In this document: positions 6,827-14,473 of the stretch, piece after piece
How positions within the stretch are numbered: position 1 is the first letter of the stretch
Layout: each line of letters opens with the position of its first letter
IMG/VR virus record: IMGVR_UViG_3300031825_000012
Span: 1 to 60,346 of that record
From: a virus
Strand: one strand, 5' to 3'
DNA length: 60,346 nucleotides
Notes under the pieces: generated by a model
Databases searched by the model: none
What the model was told of the DNA's origin: nothing
The model's input: only the letters and a program-made list of their open reading frames with translations
Translations under genes and position numbers: made by a program

Positions 6827-8216
6827 CTGCATCGCGATCCCGTATTTCGAGAACGGAATCCGGGTCAACACCAAGTACCGGCTGATCGGCGAGGCCAAGG
6901 GCTTCACACAGGATGAGGGCGCCAGGAAGGTCTTCTGGAACGTCGATTGCCTTCGGGATGAAACCCTTGCCAACAGCCCGCTCGTCATCACAGAGGGCGA
7001 ATTTGACGCCCTGGCGGCCATCATGGCGGGTTATCCGAAAACCGTCTCGGTTCCCGACGGTGCTCCGGCTCAAAAGATCGAAGGCGAAAGCCGGAAATAC
7101 ACCTACCTCGATGAGGCGGAAGCGCTGCTCCGGGATTGCCGGGATATCATCCTCGCCGTTGACGGTGACGGGCCTGGCGCGAATCTCCTCCATGACCTGT
7201 CAATCCGGCTCGGCAAGCACCGCTGCAAGTGGGTCCGTTACCCGCTGAAAGCCAAGGGCTCGACCGATCGGCTGAAGGATCTGAATGAGGTTCTGCAAGC
7301 CTACGGCATTGAGGGTGTCCAGCGGACGCTACAGCAAGCGCAGTGGTGCAAGGTTGCCGGCGTCTATCGGATGTCCGAATTGCCGCCGATCGCTCCGGTC
7401 CCGACGCTCGACATCGGGATGGTTAATCTATGGGAACACTACCGGATGAGGCCCGCGGATTTCTGTGTCATTTCGGGAATTCCAGGCCACGGAAAATCCA
7501 GTTTCATCAATGAGGTATGCGGCCGGATGGCGATAGGCCACGGCTGGTCAACGGTTTTCGCGAGCTTTGAACAACGGCCACAAACGGATCATCGCCGGGC
7601 GCTCCGGACATTTTTCAACAGCAAGCGGGTGATCCATCAAACGGAACAAGAGAGGGCGAAAGCCGACGATTGGATCGATCGGTTTTTCAGCTTCATCGTT
7701 CCTGATGAAGATGACGACGTTGATCTTGTGTGGATTCTGGAGCGCGCCGCTGCGGCCATAGTCCAGCACGGGGCGAAGATCGTTGTTATTGACCCATGGA
7801 ACGAGATCGACCATGTGCGCCCGGCCGACATGACTCTGACGGAATATACGGGCTTCGCGATCAAGCAATTCCGCAAGCTGGCGAAGAAATATCAGGTGCA
7901 TGTGATCGTGGCCGCTCACCCAGCGAAAATGAAAAAGCGCGATGACGGCAACTATGGCGTGCCGACGCTTTACGATATTTCTGACTCGGCAAATTGGGCT
8001 AACAAGGCCGATATCGGGATCATCATTCATCGGACTGGAGATAACCCGAAGGACTTCAAGACGCTGATCCGAATCGCTAAATCGAAATATCACGACGAAA
8101 TCGGGCAGCCGGGGGACCTTGACGCCATCTGGGATCCTGAGCGCAACCGCTACATCATCATTGACAACACGGAGAATTCGTTCGGCGGCGGCCAGATGAT
8201 GGAGGGCGCGGCATGA
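6570..8216 (+). CDS. Toprim primase plus P-loop (DnaB/gp4-type) helicase. The ORF opens at 6570, but meaningful sequence starts near 6702.
   Basis: Toprim motifs ITEGEFDALAA and AVDGDGPG. Walker A ISGIPGHGKSS and Walker B KIVVIDPWNE. AAHPAK and YDISDSANW are helicase-like motifs. Confidence 0.85.
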   Translation: MSAMETAKLSAPNAPTSGGTSAIHASRSGSGPTPLNSIASIVAGKGPTAAIKPLTPRLIEILEARALDVELLAKHGVGASNRLNGDCIAIPYFENGIRVNTKYRLIGEAKGFTQDEGARKVFWNVDCLRDETLANSPLVITEGEFDALAAIMAGYPKTVSVPDGAPAQKIEGESRKYTYLDEAEALLRDCRDIILAVDGDGPGANLLHDLSIRLGKHRCKWVRYPLKAKGSTDRLKDLNEVLQAYGIEGVQRTLQQAQWCKVAGVYRMSELPPIAPVPTLDIGMVNLWEHYRMRPADFCVISGIPGHGKSSFINEVCGRMAIGHGWSTVFASFEQRPQTDHRRALRTFFNSKRVIHQTEQERAKADDWIDRFFSFIVPDEDDDVDLVWILERAAAAIVQHGAKIVVIDPWNEIDHVRPADMTLTEYTGFAIKQFRKLAKKYQVHVIVAAHPAKMKKRDDGNYGVPTLYDISDSANWANKADIGIIIHRTGDNPKDFKTLIRIAKSKYHDEIGQPGDLDAIWDPERNRYIIIDNTENSFGGGQMMEGAA

Positions 8217-8398
8217 GTGTTTCTGTGAAACGCGTAAAAGCTTGCCCCTGCGGTTCCGCTCTTCCGCCCGATCGTATCGACCCCTACTGCCCTCCCTGTC
8301 GTTCTGAATACATGCGGGCCTGGCGGGCGAGGGGACGGGTACGGCGGCTGACGAGGAAGATCGAGGAGCATGTGGCGGAATTGAGGAGATCGACATGA
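8213..8398 (+). CDS. Small Cys-rich (CxC...CxxC) protein (61 aa)
   Basis: ATGA overlap with the helicase; CPCG...CPPC. Confidence 0.55.
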   Translation: MSVSVKRVKACPCGSALPPDRIDPYCPPCRSEYMRAWRARGRVRRLTRKIEEHVAELRRST

Positions 8399-8577
8399 TG
8401 ACCCCCATCGAAGCCCTAGCCGAGGCCTGGGCGAGCATTGACGGGAAGCTGGCTGGCTCGCGAATAGCATTTCTGCTCAGCGGTGTGCGCGAACATTACG
8501 AGTCCAAGGCCGCCGAGATGATCCGGAGGCTTGAGGCGAGGGGATATCGGGTGACGGCGGTAGAGGAGAAGGCGTGA
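8395..8577 (+). CDS. Hypothetical protein (60 aa)
   Basis: ATGA overlap; G/C3 bias. Confidence 0.55.
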   Translation: MMTPIEALAEAWASIDGKLAGSRIAFLLSGVREHYESKAAEMIRRLEARGYRVTAVEEKA

Positions 8578-8738
8578 TGGTCGATTTTGTGAAATTCAAG
8601 GGCTTGGCCGCCGATGATCCACTCCGGATTTACTTGCTGGACCTCCAGAGCAGATTGATCGACGCCCTGGCCGAGGTCGGCACATTGAGGGGGGCGGATA
8701 TTTCAAATGGAACGGGGCGCTGGCGCCCCCGAACCTGA
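8577..8738 (+). CDS. Possible small ORF (53 aa), perhaps the N-terminal part of a frame-shifted gene continuing in 8707..8889
   Basis: Own translation: MVDFVKFKGLAADDPLRIYLLDLQSRLIDALAEVGTLRG.... The ATG overlaps the upstream TGA. Confidence 0.3.
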   Translation: MVDFVKFKGLAADDPLRIYLLDLQSRLIDALAEVGTLRGADISNGTGRWRPRT

Positions 8739-8889
8739 TCCACCGCTCCCGGACTTCGCGACGTTCTGTGCTGGCCGCAAAGCCAGCGGGATACGGCCGG
8801 TCAGTTTCCCGGTCCCGATCGTAACTGTCGGGCAGCTTGCCAATGATATCGCCGCCTACATGGATGAGATCCGCAAGAGAGCAGGTTGA
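8707..8889 (+). CDS. Hypothetical protein (60 aa)
   Basis: ORF track. This frame opens right after the G6 run at 8689-8694. Confidence 0.4.
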   Translation: MERGAGAPEPDPPLPDFATFCAGRKASGIRPVSFPVPIVTVGQLANDIAAYMDEIRKRAG

Positions 8890-8890
8890 A

Positions 8891-9139
8891 ATGACGGACG
8901 AACCCACGTTAATCCGTATGGCGTACGCGTTGCGCGAGTGGAGTGCTGCAGAGGCCACAGGAACCCTCTGTGAGGTTGGTTGGCGCCCCGAACGCGACAT
9001 CTGGATGCAAGCAGCGAAGATCGCGCGGCTCCACGTCCCATCCTCTCCATCGGCCGCCAGCGAGGCCGATATGCGCCGATGCCGAGACGATATCGCTCAT
9101 GCGTTGGAACAGATGGGAAGAGCGGCGGGGGAATCATGA
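8891..9139 (+). CDS. Hypothetical protein (82 aa)
   Basis: Internal ATG of ORF 8837..9139, 1 nt after the upstream stop. Confidence 0.5.
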   Translation: MTDEPTLIRMAYALREWSAAEATGTLCEVGWRPERDIWMQAAKIARLHVPSSPSAASEADMRRCRDDIAHALEQMGRAAGES

Positions 9140-9543
9140 CAGCGATCTCGACAGCTCGGCGCCTGTTCCTCAAGCGCGCGGCCGTTGGTGCGGCCTTGGC
9201 ACCCGTCATTGGGGCGGATGTAGCGCGAGCGGCCACCATGCACGCAAGTGGCGGCGGTCATATCGTCCCAGGCATGGGGGCGTTTGGTGGACCGATACAA
9301 CAAGCGGGGTCCGCATCCGGCGGCATCGCCGGCACGGCCCTGCGAGCTATACAGCATGGTTTCTATGACCGACAGAAAGAGACGGCGGAGCGGGCGTTCT
9401 ATCGCATCGGCTGGTTTGATCCAGACATTGCGGCGCTTAGCTCGACCTCCCATGCTTTCAAACTCGCCAAGCAGCGCGAGAGAGACCGGGAATCTCAGGG
9501 GATGCTTGAGAAGATGCGCCGCATGGCGTGGCCGGAAGATTGA
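9136..9543 (+). CDS. Tat-signal (twin-arginine) exported protein (135 aa)
   Basis: The N-terminus MTAISTARRLFLKRAAVGAALAPVIGADVARAA matches (S/T)RRxFLK, then a hydrophobic core, then AxA. ATGA overlap. Confidence 0.65.
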   Translation: MTAISTARRLFLKRAAVGAALAPVIGADVARAATMHASGGGHIVPGMGAFGGPIQQAGSASGGIAGTALRAIQHGFYDRQKETAERAFYRIGWFDPDIAALSSTSHAFKLAKQRERDRESQGMLEKMRRMAWPED

Positions 9544-9575
9544 TTATGATTCTCCATCAAATCGAGGAACACCAG

Positions 9576-10118
9576 ATGGCCCGAAAGCGCGCGAGACTCA
9601 ACAAGGGCGGGAGACCGCGCATCGAGCGCACCGGCCCCGACCGGGGAACGCCCGAGCAGCAGTTGCGCCGCGCGCTCCTCGCCGGCCCCGGAACCGCCAA
9701 TCAACCACCGGACCCCGTCATGACATCAACTCCCCTGGATATCCTGAAAACCCGCGGCCTGATCTCCCTCGATCAACATTCGGCGGGGCTCGACTATGCC
9801 ACCCTCTACGCGAAGTTCACGGGGCGGTATCGGGACGCCGGGCTAGAGCCAGAGGGGCAGGGAGAGCCCTCAGAGGATGCCGAGGCCGAGGTCGAGCGGA
9901 AATACCGGGCCTGCGCGATAGCGCTCCTGAGCCTCGGGAGGCGCGTCAAAGACGCAACCGACAACCTGGTCATCTATCGCCGTATGCCAGCATGGCTTCA
10001 GGGGGCCTCGCAGAATCCCTCTCGGCGAGCGGGAGCGGAGAGGGAGCGGCAGGCGGCCATCCAGGGGCTCACGGCCTTGGCGATGTCGCTGTTTGGGAAA
10101 ACCCGCAAGGCCGCGTGA
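9576..10118 (+). CDS. Hypothetical protein (180 aa)
   Basis: Internal ATG of ORF 9528..10118 with GAGGA 7 nt upstream. The alternative-frame ORF 9248..10138 is Arg/Pro-rich and is rejected. Confidence 0.55.
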   Translation: MARKRARLNKGGRPRIERTGPDRGTPEQQLRRALLAGPGTANQPPDPVMTSTPLDILKTRGLISLDQHSAGLDYATLYAKFTGRYRDAGLEPEGQGEPSEDAEAEVERKYRACAIALLSLGRRVKDATDNLVIYRRMPAWLQGASQNPSRRAGAERERQAAIQGLTALAMSLFGKTRKAA

Positions 10119-10153
10119 TATCACTCAGGGGGCGTTAACATTTGGGCCATCTA

Positions 10154-10567
10154 ATGCCAAATGAGATTCTACCATTCCCGCGAGCGAGGGGCGCCAAGAC
10201 GATGGACGCTCCGGTGCGGCTGTGCTTGAAAACCGGCTCCATTACGCGCGCTGGTCTCGATCCGATCACCCCGCACACCATCCGGTTCCGAGTATTCACG
10301 GCACTCCTGGCGCACCTAGACCGCCCGATACCCCACGACCAATTTATCGGCGAGGTTTACGGAAACTGCCGGACGCCTCTGAGCGTGACCGCGGTTATCC
10401 AGTGGGCGATATCGGATCTCAGGAAATGGCTGGCCGGCTCCGAATGGTCGATCCACACATGGCACGGCTGGGCCTACGAGATGAAGCGCAGCACGTTCGA
10501 GTTTCGCGGCATCGAACATCGGCCACAAGATCGGCCAAATGATCGGCCAGAACAACGAATCGCATAG
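10154..10567 (+). CDS. OmpR/PhoB-type winged-helix DNA-binding protein (137 aa), last gene of the early operon
   Basis: TIRFRVFTALLAHLDRPIPHDQFIGEVYG....SVTAVIQWAISDLRKWL......IHTWHGWAYEM parallels the trans_reg_C pattern. Confidence 0.6.
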   Translation: MPNEILPFPRARGAKTMDAPVRLCLKTGSITRAGLDPITPHTIRFRVFTALLAHLDRPIPHDQFIGEVYGNCRTPLSVTAVIQWAISDLRKWLAGSEWSIHTWHGWAYEMKRSTFEFRGIEHRPQDRPNDRPEQRIA

Positions 10568-10769
10568 AGTTTCGGCCCCAGAATTGGGGTCGCGCCGGTA
10601 TCCAGTCCGGCTCAGGGGCTCCGGATACGTCCGACCCCGCTAATTACCGCCGAGGTGGGAACGGCCTCCCCACGCGCCAGCAATGGCACAGTAGCCGAAA
10701 GGCGAAGAGATCCCGGAGATGGGCGACCGGGCGGCGGATGGTTGATACCCACGGCCTGAATGTGGCCAA

Positions 10770-10838
10770 AGGAAATCACCAGAAACCTCGTTCAGCGCAA
10801 TGACTTAGGCCGTAAAAACGGCTCAGAGGAAATCACCA
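10770..10838 (+). repeat. 12-nt direct repeat AGGAAATCACCA (10770-10781 and 10827-10838)
   Basis: Read directly. Confidence 0.8.
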
Positions 10839-11239
10839 CTTGCGGCCCTGCTTGCGTCGAAGCCCCGAGTTCCACTCGGGTTACTGATGTAGGCGCTGTG
10901 GGGTCGCATATTGTCCCCGCTCTCCCGTTGGTAGGCGATCGCAACGCCAGCGGTGATCGGGCTCTAAGACCTGACAACAGGCCGGCTGGGTTGATCGCCA
11001 GCCGTTACTATACAGCGCCGTCGCGTTCTCGTGGCGGCCCCAATCTATGAGCTGCGGTTATTGTGCCGAGAAATCGGTCCCCCGCAGACAATTTGTGAGC
11101 CACGAGACTTAGATCACTGCTTCGGCAAATCCCTCGCGGACATAGGTCGTGCGTGCACCCGGGAACCGGCTCTGCGACAGCATCCGGCCCGGGTCAGTCT
11201 TTGCGGCGGCGGCGTTGAAGGAAACGCAGCCTAGCGAGG

Positions 11240-11259
11240 TCCGGAGCAATCCGGAGCAA
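11240..11259 (+). repeat. Tandem direct repeat TCCGGAGCAA x2
   Basis: Read directly. Confidence 0.85.
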
Positions 11260-11434
11260 GGGACAGTGAGGGCAAGCCTGTTGGCGCGGGTGACCGGATT
11301 ACCGGACAAGGCTTAGAGGTCCAACCCGACGATCTGCCGAAGACAGGCGCCATGATACGGCAGTGATGAAATCCGAATAATTGTCGGCAAAGCCCCACAA
11401 GCCGGAATCAAGCCCGGCCCGCCGCAATCATGGC

Positions 11435-11662
11435 CTACTCGATAACCCGCCCGCCTCCGGGTTTGAGCGCCGAGCGGATGCCCGAAATCCGAGCTTTGGC
11501 GAGGCCGCGGATTTTGGCCGCCACGTCATTGGTGACTGGCCACTCTCCGGCTTCCAGGCGATGCAGGTGGCGCCTGGACATGCCGATGGCATTGGCCAGC
11601 GCGGTGCGCCAGCGGGTGCCGAACAGGGCTTCGCCGATGCGGATGAGATCGGTCGGAGTCAT
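11435..11662 (-). CDS. Small HTH (XRE/Cro-like) DNA-binding protein (75 aa)
   Basis: Internal ATG of ORF 11435..11974 with a GAGAGGA RBS. ALANAIGMSRRHLHRLEAGEWPV is HTH-like. Strong G/C3 bias. Confidence 0.7.
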   Translation of the reverse strand: MTPTDLIRIGEALFGTRWRTALANAIGMSRRHLHRLEAGEWPVTNDVAAKIRGLAKARISGIRSALKPGGGRVIE

Positions 11663-11718
11663 GTATCCTCTCTGTCGGCCCTCGCCGCTGGCCCTACCTG
11701 GGTCAGGAGTCGGGGTTG

Positions 11719-11958
11719 TCAGTCGGTCGAGAACTCGGGCACCCAGCCATCGACTGGGCCTGCCTTGCCGCGATCGGGGCAGGCCTTGAGCGCTCTTGTG
11801 GCGATCGCGCCGGTGCCTGCGTAATAGCGTGTGTAGTGTGCCATCGCTTCGCCGGCGGTGCGCGCTCGGCCGATGATATCCGCCATGAGCCCGGCATCGG
11901 CAAAAACGGGGGCTTCCGTTGGATAGGAAAGATTGCTGCGATTGGGGTGGTTGGTCAT
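11719..11958 (-). CDS. Hypothetical protein (79 aa)
   Basis: ORF track; good G/C3 bias; no motif recognised. Confidence 0.6.
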   Translation of the reverse strand: MTNHPNRSNLSYPTEAPVFADAGLMADIIGRARTAGEAMAHYTRYYAGTGAIATRALKACPDRGKAGPVDGWVPEFSTD

Positions 11959-11961
11959 GGC

Positions 11962-12207
11962 TCAACGCTCCCAAGACAGCTTGCGCGGACCGAAGATACG
12001 AAAGCTATGGCTCATGCCGCCGATACCCCTCCACGAAGCCGCCCAAATAGACAAACTGAGGCGACGCTCCGATCGGTAAAATAGAAGGGCAAAACCCCAC
12101 CTCTCATAAGGCGTGCCGGGCACAAACTCATGATAGCGGCTGCTGGCGATGCCAAAGGTCCAGCTATCGTTACAGACGCCGTGTTCGGGATAACGGATGA
12201 TTTTCAT
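11962..12207 (-). CDS. Hypothetical protein (81 aa), Trp/aromatic-rich
   Basis: ORF track. G/C3 bias is weaker than in neighbouring genes (many T-ending codons). First gene of the reverse cassette. Confidence 0.5.
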   Translation of the reverse strand: MKIIRYPEHGVCNDSWTFGIASSRYHEFVPGTPYERWGFALLFYRSERRLSLSIWAASWRGIGGMSHSFRIFGPRKLSWER

Positions 12208-12337
12208 TTTCGTCTCTCCAGCCCCTGATCCCCGAGGCGCGGGCGGCCGGTCGATCCAGCCCTGCTGTCTATGTCATTAATATGGGACATGACGTGGCGG
12301 GATGCAAGAGGAAATTCGCGTAATTTTGTTACTTTCT

Positions 12338-12411
12338 GCGGGGCTCGCCTAGAGGCCTGGCACCAGCCTTCCAAGCTGGCTACGCGGGTTCGATTCCCGC
12401 GCTCCGCTCCA
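12338..12411 (+). tRNA. tRNA-Gly (anticodon UCC), CCA encoded
   Basis: Hand fold: acceptor GCGGGGC/GCTCCGC (one G-T pair); anticodon arm CCAGC-CTTCCAA-GCTGG; T arm GCGGG-TTCGATT-CCCGC; discriminator T then CCA. Closely parallels E. coli glyT in the anticodon and T arms. Confidence 0.85.
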
Positions 12412-12426
12412 ACCAAAGGGAAAACT

Positions 12427-12693
12427 ATGACCGTCTGTCATGCTTCCGACTGTGCCATTCATAACGCGCCTGCATATCCGGCTGGAGCTTGTGATTGCGG
12501 CGTCGAGCCGCAGGGCGGGAAATGGCCGGACCCCACGCCAGAGATGCTGGGAAACTCACGCTTTAACGCAATCTGGAACGCCATCAAGACCTGGGACATC
12601 AATGTTCCCCACGCTTATGGCGGCTATTGCGGCGCCACCGGCAATCATGCGCGCGCAATCTTCGATGCATTGAATGCGAGGGACATCCCATGA
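12427..12693 (+). CDS. Hypothetical Cys-rich protein (88 aa)
   Basis: Internal ATG of ORF 12271..12693, downstream of the tRNA. The upstream part of that ORF overlaps the tRNA and is rejected. Confidence 0.55.
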   Translation: MTVCHASDCAIHNAPAYPAGACDCGVEPQGGKWPDPTPEMLGNSRFNAIWNAIKTWDINVPHAYGGYCGATGNHARAIFDALNARDIP

Positions 12694-12738
12694 AGAAAAC
12701 CACGAAGCGCAAGGGCTCCGGCCGGAAGGGCTGCTGAC

Positions 12739-12930
12739 ATGCCGAGCAAATCCAAACGCCAGCATGATTTCATGGAAGTCGTAGCCAACGATCCGAAGTT
12801 CGCCCGCGAGGTCGGCGTTCCCCTTTCCGTGGGCAAGGAATTCGTGGCGGCCGACAAGCACAAGCGCTCCACGCGCATCGAGAGGGCGGTCAACACCGCC
12901 AAGGCTCGGATGCGCGGGGCGATCGGTTAG
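12739..12930 (+). CDS. DUF3008-like small phage protein (63 aa)
   Basis: MPSKSKRQHDFM...KEFVAADKHK resembles the KSKAQxRFM family. Confidence 0.5.
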   Translation: MPSKSKRQHDFMEVVANDPKFAREVGVPLSVGKEFVAADKHKRSTRIERAVNTAKARMRGAIG

Positions 12931-12948
12931 AAATCAAAGAAATCAAAC

Positions 12949-13239
12949 ATGGCGCGCGGCGGCAAGAGACCAGGATCAGGCCGGCCGAAGGGTGCCATTA
13001 ACCGCGTCAGCTTGGCTGCTCGCGAGGCCGCCGCAGCCGATGGCGAGACCCCGCTTTCCTATATGCTGAATGTCATGCGCGACGCCTCTGCCGAGCCCGA
13101 CCGTCGCGATGATATGGCGAAGGCCGCCGCCCCCTACATGCACCCCAAGCTCGCAGCCGTCGAGCACACCGGCCCGGATGGTGGCCCCGTCCAAGTGACC
13201 GGCATCGAGGTCGTCTTTGTCGGCGCGTCAAAGGGCTGA
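12949..13239 (+). CDS. terS: Terminase small subunit (96 aa)
   Basis: GGKRPGSGRPKG N-terminus and AAAPYMHPKLAAVE motif, immediately upstream of and overlapping the large terminase gene. Confidence 0.6.
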   Translation: MARGGKRPGSGRPKGAINRVSLAAREAAAADGETPLSYMLNVMRDASAEPDRRDDMAKAAAPYMHPKLAAVEHTGPDGGPVQVTGIEVVFVGASKG

Positions 13240-14473
13240 ATTTCCAGATAAGCTGCAATTCCTCTTTGAGCCGTCTCGGTACAAGGTCGCCTATGGTGGC
13301 CGAGGCGGGGCTAAGAGCTGGAGTTTTGCCAGGGCGCTTGTGATTATCGGCGCCGGTCAGGCCAAGCGCATCGTCTGCGCCCGTGAGTTCCAAAAGTCTA
13401 TCGCGGACTCCGTGCATCATCTGCTTCGCAATCAGATCGACGCGCTGGGCCTCAATGACTACTACTCGGTCAAAGAAACCTATATCGAGGGCAAGAACGG
13501 AACGCTGTTCTCGTTCCATGGTCTCAAGCATAACGTCCAGAACATCAAGTCCCTGGAGGGTGCGGACATCTGCTGGGTTGAAGAGGCCGAGGCAGTTTCC
13601 AAGGCTTCGTGGGAGACGCTGATCCCGACCATCCGCAAGGACGGCTCGGAAATCTGGATCTCGTTCAACCCGGATATGGACACCGACGAAACCTATAAGC
13701 GGTTCGTCATGAAGCCACCGACTGGCGCCAAGGTCGTCAGGGTCGGCTGGCGCGACAATCCATGGTTTCCCGAAGTCCTGAAACAGGAGCGGGAAGACCT
13801 CAGGGAGCGCGACGCCGACGAATACGAGGTGGTCTGGGAAGGCAACACCCGCCAGACTATTAAGGGCGCGATTTACGCCAATGAGTTGAAGGCCGCGCTT
13901 GAGGGGAAGCGGATCACCAGCGTCCCCTACGATGCGTCGAAGCCCGTTCATACATTCTGGGACCTCGGCCGAGCGGATATGACGGCTATCTGGTTCGCTC
14001 AGGTAGTCGGGTTCGAATTCCGGATCATCGATTACTACGAAAACCAGGGCTTTGTGCTCGCGCACTACCTCAAGAAGCTCGGCGAGCGGCCCTATCACTA
14101 CGGCGACGACTGGCTGCCTCACGATGCCGATAACGAACTGCTGGCGTCCGAACTGACGATTACCCAACAGATGCGGGCGGCCGGTCGAAAGCCCAAGATC
14201 GTGCCGAAGATTCACGTCGCGGATGGGATCAACGCCGCGCGAACGGTGTTCGGCAAGTGTTGGTTCGACGCCGATAAATGCGCGGATGGCCTGAACGCCC
14301 TTCGCCATTACAGCTACGACGTCGATCCGGAAACGAACGAATACAGCAAGAACCCGCTTCACAATTGGGCCTCCCATGGCGCCGATGCGTTCCGCTACCT
14401 CGCGGTGGCGCTGAACCCGACGTCCGGGAAGCCCAAGGATTTGCCGAAGCGCGACAAAGGATGGGTTGTCTAG
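13217..14473 (+). CDS. terL: Terminase large subunit (about 418 aa; TTG start in the track, true start uncertain)
   Basis: Walker A-like YGGRGGAKSW, ICWVEEAE Walker B, and a nuclease half with WLPHDA...ASHGADAFRY. Confidence 0.9.
   Translation: MSARQRAEFPDKLQFLFEPSRYKVAYGGRGGAKSWSFARALVIIGAGQAKRIVCAREFQKSIADSVHHLLRNQIDALGLNDYYSVKETYIEGKNGTLFSFHGLKHNVQNIKSLEGADICWVEEAEAVSKASWETLIPTIRKDGSEIWISFNPDMDTDETYKRFVMKPPTGAKVVRVGWRDNPWFPEVLKQEREDLRERDADEYEVVWEGNTRQTIKGAIYANELKAALEGKRITSVPYDASKPVHTFWDLGRADMTAIWFAQVVGFEFRIIDYYENQGFVLAHYLKKLGERPYHYGDDWLPHDADNELLASELTITQQMRAAGRKPKIVPKIHVADGINAARTVFGKCWFDADKCADGLNALRHYSYDVDPETNEYSKNPLHNWASHGADAFRYLAVALNPTSGKPKDLPKRDKGWVV

Larger units (their letters stand above)
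10568..11434 (+). other. 867-nt ORF-free, hairpin-dense block; candidate structured RNA, long regulatory leader or ori (function unknown)
   Basis: No ORF shows the genome-typical G/C3 bias. There is a series of perfect 6-7 bp stems, including GAAA- and UUCG-capped ones, on the plus strand. See findings. Confidence 0.4.

Noticed and set aside
9248-10138. 296-aa plus-strand ORF in an alternative frame
   Set aside because: It overlaps the Tat-signal gene and gene 9576..10118. It is extremely Arg/Pro/Gly/Ala-rich with no motif. The other frames have RBSs and stop-start coupling.
11361-11372. GTGATGAAA resembling part of a hammerhead ribozyme core
   Set aside because: The CUGANGA box is not matched (GUGAUGA), and no compatible stem I/II/III arrangement was found by eye.
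12690-12737. 15-aa basic micro-ORF (MKKTTKRKGSGRKGC) fitting exactly between two genes
   Set aside because: The ATGA coupling is suggestive, but the length is too small to call without conservation or translation data.
13073-14377. 434-aa minus-strand ORF
   Set aside because: It is antisense to the large terminase gene, which has clear Walker and nuclease motifs. It is a shadow ORF.
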